Assembly: GCA_015523565.1 (NCBI GenBank)
Contig: WAKA01000126.1
Coordinates: 1 to 61,379 of the forward strand
Length of the DNA stretch: 61,379 nt
Direction of reading: 5' to 3'
DNA from: Candidatus Heimdallarchaeota archaeon
GTDB lineage: Archaea > Asgardarchaeota > Heimdallarchaeia > Heimdallarchaeales > Kariarchaeaceae
Made by a program: the position numbers and the translations under genes. This document shows, piece after piece, positions 57,280-61,379 of this stretch. A model generated the notes under the pieces. That model made no database searches and was not told the origin of the DNA. It worked only from the letters and a program-made list of their open reading frames with translations. Within the stretch, counting starts at the first letter, position 1. Each line of letters begins with the position of its first letter.

Positions 57280-57556
57280 ATCGATTCTTCTTCGATGATC
57301 ATTGATGTTTTTCGTTTTGTTCGCGATTTTCGTCGTATTCTCCAGTGTTTTCATATTTTTCTAGGAATGGCCTTTTTTGTTTGTGATGTTGCATAATTTC
57401 TATTTCTGACTTGCGTGGTTATGTTTTTTTATTTCATCGATGATCATCGATGGTTTGTTGGTGGGTATATCGATGATATATCGATGATCTATTATTGTAT
57501 CGCGATTCAATTTTGGATATCGATGGTTGTTTGATTTCCATCATCGATTGGAAATC
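57280..57556. repeat. Non-coding array of ATCGAT palindromes
   Basis: Seven exact ATCGAT (57280, 57436, 57446, 57469, 57480, 57519, 57543), a perfect 18-bp palindrome at 57435-57452 and a tandem ATATCGATGAT x2 at 57467-57488. Confidence 0.88.
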
Positions 57557-57585
57557 CATAACTACTTTCATCAGAATATTTGGAT

Positions 57586-58038
57586 ATGCATATTTCTCAG
57601 CAAGTAGTAAGGTTCAGTGATACTGATGCCGCAGGAATACTCTATTTTGGATCTTTTGCAACCTATTTCGATGAAAGCTTTCTAAGTGCCCTAAGAACCC
57701 ATGGGATTGGTTGGGATGAGCATAAATCGTACAACTTTCTTCTGCCAATCGTGGAACATAAAACTAAATTTTATGCTCCTCTAAAATTTGGAGATCATGT
57801 AAATGTCTATTGCTATATCTCTCATATTGGCAACAGCTCATTCAAAAGTTCACATGTGATTGAAAATATCCAAACCAAAACTGTTTGTGCTTCTGGTTAT
57901 ATCATTAGAGTTGTTGTTGATTACAATACGTTTGAAAAAAGGGTAATCCCTAAAATTTTAAGAAAAACGCTGGAAAACTTTCAGGTTATATCCCAATCTG
58001 TTTCCCCACAGATTAGACAGTATCTTATTCAATCATGA
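57586..58038 (+). CDS. Acyl-CoA thioesterase (4HBT/YbgC hot-dog fold)
   Basis: VRFSDTDAAGILYFGSFATYFD, FYAPLKFGD. Confidence 0.9.
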   Translation: MHISQQVVRFSDTDAAGILYFGSFATYFDESFLSALRTHGIGWDEHKSYNFLLPIVEHKTKFYAPLKFGDHVNVYCYISHIGNSSFKSSHVIENIQTKTVCASGYIIRVVVDYNTFEKRVIPKILRKTLENFQVISQSVSPQIRQYLIQS

Positions 58039-60244
58039 AAATTGCCTTGAAAGATTTACTGCTGGTCTTATATTCTTGATGTCCAATTTGCTCAAAACCT
58101 TTTGGGGTCATTTTTGCGGGAGTTGGCAAAACAACAACTATATCCGCGTTTCCATTGTACTTTACATTTAGTGTCAATTTTCCATTTTTGATTTTGGCAT
58201 CAAGGCTAATTGATGAATTTATGTCCATCCTCAAATTTTTGATGCTTGTTCCGTTTTCCATCCATTCCTTCGGCATTCCCTCCAAAAGTCTTATCGTATT
58301 TTCCTCTTTTGTTGCAAATAAATCTGAAATTAGATTGATGAACTCCGCAGCTACATATGCATTTGGGGAATCTCCAACTGACCCCCCTGTCAATCTTGGT
58401 GAAATTGCTTCTGCCCAACCTTGATCATTGACCCTATTTTTCACAAGGAACTGGATGATGTTGTTGACTTTGTCATTTTCCCCAAACAATCTCGAAACTT
58501 GGGCCAATGTAATTGCATGGTATGTCCCATATGAATTCCATGGCTGAAAAATCATCAATCCCCCGTCATTGACATAATTCTTCCAAATATGGGTTACTGT
58601 ATCCATGATGGGCTTGAAGTCCTTATTGAAAATTTTCAAGGGGAAAATGGATTGAAGATTCAAAATGATCAGGGAATTTTCTGGAAATCCTGGTCCCGCA
58701 GTTATAATGCCATATTTTTCATAATTCTTCGCAAGCTCATCCGTCATGGTCATATAAAGTTTTTCATAATCTTTTCTCAGTTTCTCTTCTTCTCCCTTCC
58801 TTCCCAAAATCCCCCATATTTTGCTCGTTATTTTTGTAATTCCATAAATCCAAAACAACTGGAAGAAAAAGGTTCCCTCTTGCCTAAACCACTCTTGTAC
58901 AAAAGGGGTTTCTCCAATGGGGATTTCATTCCCTTGTTTTTGTGCCATCAATCTTGCCTTTGATACAGTTTCGGTGATCTTTTTTAGAATGCTGAGTTTT
59001 TCCCCCAGCCAATTGGTATCGGAATTGAAATTATGCTGTTCAACAATTGCAAACAAGACGGATCCAATCCCATCAAAATGCTTGAGATTTTCAAAATAAT
59101 TTTCTCCTTTCAGCAATTCAATACTTTTATCAAGCAATTGAGGAGCGAATGTAAATCCCAATCTGTTCATGGCCTTTATTTGACCAAATAATGCTTGGGG
59201 CCAAACAAAATGTTGACCACCTGCACCTATTGTCACAATTTTTTCTCTGAGGTCTGTCAGCATTCTGAGCACAATAGCTGAATTCCTGAACATTTTGTCT
59301 ATATCATCATGCCCTGTGTTTATTTCAGGAATTTCTTCCATTTCCTCTTCCCATTTCTCTTCCACATCGTCTGCATCAATTTCCTCATCAAGGTTTCCTT
59401 CTAGACTGATATTCATCTGCACCATTGCCCTTACTGGAAAAGATGCCGCCCAAGATGCGGCATTCGCTTCACAGTCTACACTGTTCTGTGATTGTTTTGC
59501 CCTTCCAATCCATCTGCCTGCATGCCCTTCTGAAATGGGCAATAGAACGCATTCCACAGGCGATGAAAAAAGATTGATTGAGGGTTTCCCTTCAACTTCA
59601 ACTACATTTTCCTTATTATTGAAAGTGATCTTCTTGATCTCTGTTATTCCATCTTGGTCGAATGGAGTAATTGTCACAAATAATGGATGGTTTGCAAACC
59701 CTCTGATAACGTTTATTCCCAATGCCTCATTGCCTTCCCCGTCATCATCCACCATGCATTCGAATACCATCACGTCATTGTCCACTTCCCACTTGACAAT
59801 GAGAATAGGATAACCGTCTTCATTTAGTTCAATGCTTACGTCTCCAATTTCTGATGAATACTTTGCCTTGCCATCTATCATTGTCCCGAACAATAATGTA
59901 TAGGTATTTTTTTTTGGAATGATGCCCCCCCTGTGGTCAACTAATACTTCATGTGTGGAAAACGGTGAGGCAAGTGCAAAAAAATTCCTTGTATCATCAT
60001 TTGAAATTAAAGGTGTCCCTCCAAATCCTTTTTGGGCGTTGCCTTTTGGGATGAGTTGCTCTGCAATCCAAGCAGGAAAGACCACTGAGTTTTTTCCCAT
60101 GGAAAAATACTGTCGAGTTATCCATGCTTTGGCAATCAAGTTCCCCATGCTTTCAAATGATTGTTCACTTATTGTGGTTCGTTCGCCTAAAATTATTTTG
60201 GCTCTCTCAAATACCTCCGCAAATGCCTTACTATAATTTTCCAC
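58025..60244 (-). CDS. Six-hairpin (alpha/alpha)6 glycosidase-like protein
   Basis: N-terminal beta domain, then a helical region, WAEAISP...GGSVGDSPNAYVAAEFI and IRLLEGMPKEW tail typical of GH15/GH116-like proteins. Confidence 0.6.
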   Translation of the reverse strand: MENYSKAFAEVFERAKIILGERTTISEQSFESMGNLIAKAWITRQYFSMGKNSVVFPAWIAEQLIPKGNAQKGFGGTPLISNDDTRNFFALASPFSTHEVLVDHRGGIIPKKNTYTLLFGTMIDGKAKYSSEIGDVSIELNEDGYPILIVKWEVDNDVMVFECMVDDDGEGNEALGINVIRGFANHPLFVTITPFDQDGITEIKKITFNNKENVVEVEGKPSINLFSSPVECVLLPISEGHAGRWIGRAKQSQNSVDCEANAASWAASFPVRAMVQMNISLEGNLDEEIDADDVEEKWEEEMEEIPEINTGHDDIDKMFRNSAIVLRMLTDLREKIVTIGAGGQHFVWPQALFGQIKAMNRLGFTFAPQLLDKSIELLKGENYFENLKHFDGIGSVLFAIVEQHNFNSDTNWLGEKLSILKKITETVSKARLMAQKQGNEIPIGETPFVQEWFRQEGTFFFQLFWIYGITKITSKIWGILGRKGEEEKLRKDYEKLYMTMTDELAKNYEKYGIITAGPGFPENSLIILNLQSIFPLKIFNKDFKPIMDTVTHIWKNYVNDGGLMIFQPWNSYGTYHAITLAQVSRLFGENDKVNNIIQFLVKNRVNDQGWAEAISPRLTGGSVGDSPNAYVAAEFINLISDLFATKEENTIRLLEGMPKEWMENGTSIKNLRMDINSSISLDAKIKNGKLTLNVKYNGNADIVVVLPTPAKMTPKGFEQIGHQEYKTSSKSFKAIFMIE

Positions 60245-60439
60245 AATATAACTATTCTTTCAATTTATATATAGATAATGCCTGTTCCTTTTATATATCG
60301 CATAATATTTCTATCAGTTCCAACAAATTATTATTTTTATATGGAATTGTGACAAAATCGTTTCGTCAATATGTCTGAATTCAAAAATTTTCAGCAAATG
60401 GTTTGGCTTTAAAAACCGCCAGTTATGATTGAAAATAGA

Positions 60440-61039
60440 TTATTTCTTGCTCTTTGGTTTCCTTGATAACAATGGAACTAATATTCCAATGAAAGGAATT
60501 GGGAGGGAATTTGAAGTGCTGGTTTCATCACGATGGGCCACAAATCCAAACTGAATTTCAAGGTCAATGGTTACTGCTTCATCACCAAAATAATACAAAA
60601 CCAATTTTATTGAATTCGGATCATCTAACCATGTTCCATTTTCATCCTTTAAGGCAAATGGATATGCAATATTGATTTTTCTTTGTAACTTAGACCATTC
60701 AAATATTCCTAGATCTGGATCTTGGGATTGAAGACCGTTTTCTTCTGGAGTTGGTTTTGGCAACCTGCTCTCATTATGAAAAAATACCAATCTGAAGTCG
60801 GTCCAATCAACATTGGTTTGGTTTTTGAAAATAAGACCTATTGCCTCAAATTTGATGCCTTTATATTCCATATTTACAACGCTTTTATTGACTGAGAAAA
60901 TATATTCTTTATAGCCAGCTCCGGCAAATATGAAGGTTTTATGACCAAGAACTGGCAAAGTACTCTCTGCCCCTTTGGTGGCTGTTATCATTAGTGACAG
61001 AAGAAGGATTACAATTATTTTTCTAAGCATTTGTTTCAC
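60440..61039 (-). CDS. Secreted/surface protein with C-terminal hydrophobic plus basic tail
   Basis: Signal peptide MKQMLRKIIVILLLSLMITATKG. Ends TSTSNSLPIPFIGILVPLLSRKPKSKK. Several NxS/T sequons. Confidence 0.7.
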   Translation of the reverse strand: MKQMLRKIIVILLLSLMITATKGAESTLPVLGHKTFIFAGAGYKEYIFSVNKSVVNMEYKGIKFEAIGLIFKNQTNVDWTDFRLVFFHNESRLPKPTPEENGLQSQDPDLGIFEWSKLQRKINIAYPFALKDENGTWLDDPNSIKLVLYYFGDEAVTIDLEIQFGFVAHRDETSTSNSLPIPFIGILVPLLSRKPKSKK

Positions 61040-61041
61040 CT

Positions 61042-61379
61042 CTAAAATATGTTCACCCCTACTCCCCCTACAAGTGAAGATGACACAGTTTCTCCATTTA
61101 ATGTATTTGCAAAGGGATTATCAAAGTATACCCATCCATCATCCATTATAACTTTAAAATCTTCGTTCGATGGGAATGTGCCAAGAATTAAGTTACAACA
61201 AACAAAAACAAACGCTGAACCCTCGCAATTTTCAATACCAGTTTTATTTATGGTCTTACCGACCATTTCACCTTTTTCAGATACATGTCGCATTTGAAGG
61301 AAATGTGAAAAAGATGGCATTATTAAAGCATCATTAAAATAATTATATAAATACGCTGTCTGATTTAATGAAAGCATGG
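61042..61379 (-). CDS. Partial hypothetical (probably extracellular) protein, truncated by the window edge
   Basis: Open frame runs to the window end. Its 3' end carries a GAGGTGA SD for the next gene. Confidence 0.5.
   Translation of the reverse strand, partial: MLSLNQTAYLYNYFNDALIMPSFSHFLQMRHVSEKGEMVGKTINKTGIENCEGSAFVFVCCNLILGTFPSNEDFKVIMDDGWVYFDNPFANTLNGETVSSSLVGGVGVNIF

Noticed and set aside
54585-57556. CRISPR arrays at the two repeat clusters
   Set aside because: Repeat units are 6-12 bp with irregular short spacing, and there are no cas genes.
57533-57556. Canonical ORB element (TTCCAGTGGAAA-like)
   Set aside because: The arms resemble an ORB, but the spacer is 8 nt, there is no G-string, it is single-copy and there is no adjacent orc1/cdc6.
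1-61379. tRNA/rRNA genes and IS elements
   Set aside because: No cloverleaf or T-loop context, rRNA-like GC-rich tract, transposase or terminal inverted repeats recognised by eye. A tRNAscan-SE/Infernal run would be needed to exclude them fully.

Overview
Gene-dense, low-GC archaeal chromosomal segment. By inference it is Asgard, probably Heimdallarchaeia-like: it has a multi-TM plus longin-like protein, HEAT/LRR/tandem winged-helix proteins, PCNA PIP-box proteins and many bacterial-type metabolic genes. Housekeeping content includes a DUF2797-mutS-mutL cluster, iPGM, PepP, a Ca2+-type P-ATPase, ClC, a full bacterial-type SUF system (sufD plus Rieske divergent from sufB-S-U-C), YgfZ, nadA/glpD/nadC, PEPCK, Nre, ThyX and an A-type Fe-S carrier. 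I recognised no rRNA, tRNA, CRISPR array or intact mobile element. Four signals stand out. (1) A five-gene co-directional cluster (7.4-12.4 kb) is centred on a tyrosine-recombinase-fold protein whose catalytic residues are substituted. It is fused to a Pro/Gly-rich linker and a VASP/WH2-like helix and flanked by RHH-coiled-coil and winged-helix genes, making it a candidate DNA-to-cytoskeleton system. (2) Two non-coding arrays of CG-centred palindromes lie about 2.5 kb apart: 10 x TGCGCA at 54.6-54.8 kb and 7 x ATCGAT at 57.3-57.5 kb. (3) Two paralogous cytoplasmic beta-sandwich proteins resemble mu-homology domains. (4) PIP-like motifs occur on DUF2797, MutS and MutL. All family calls were made by eye from motifs; no searches were run.
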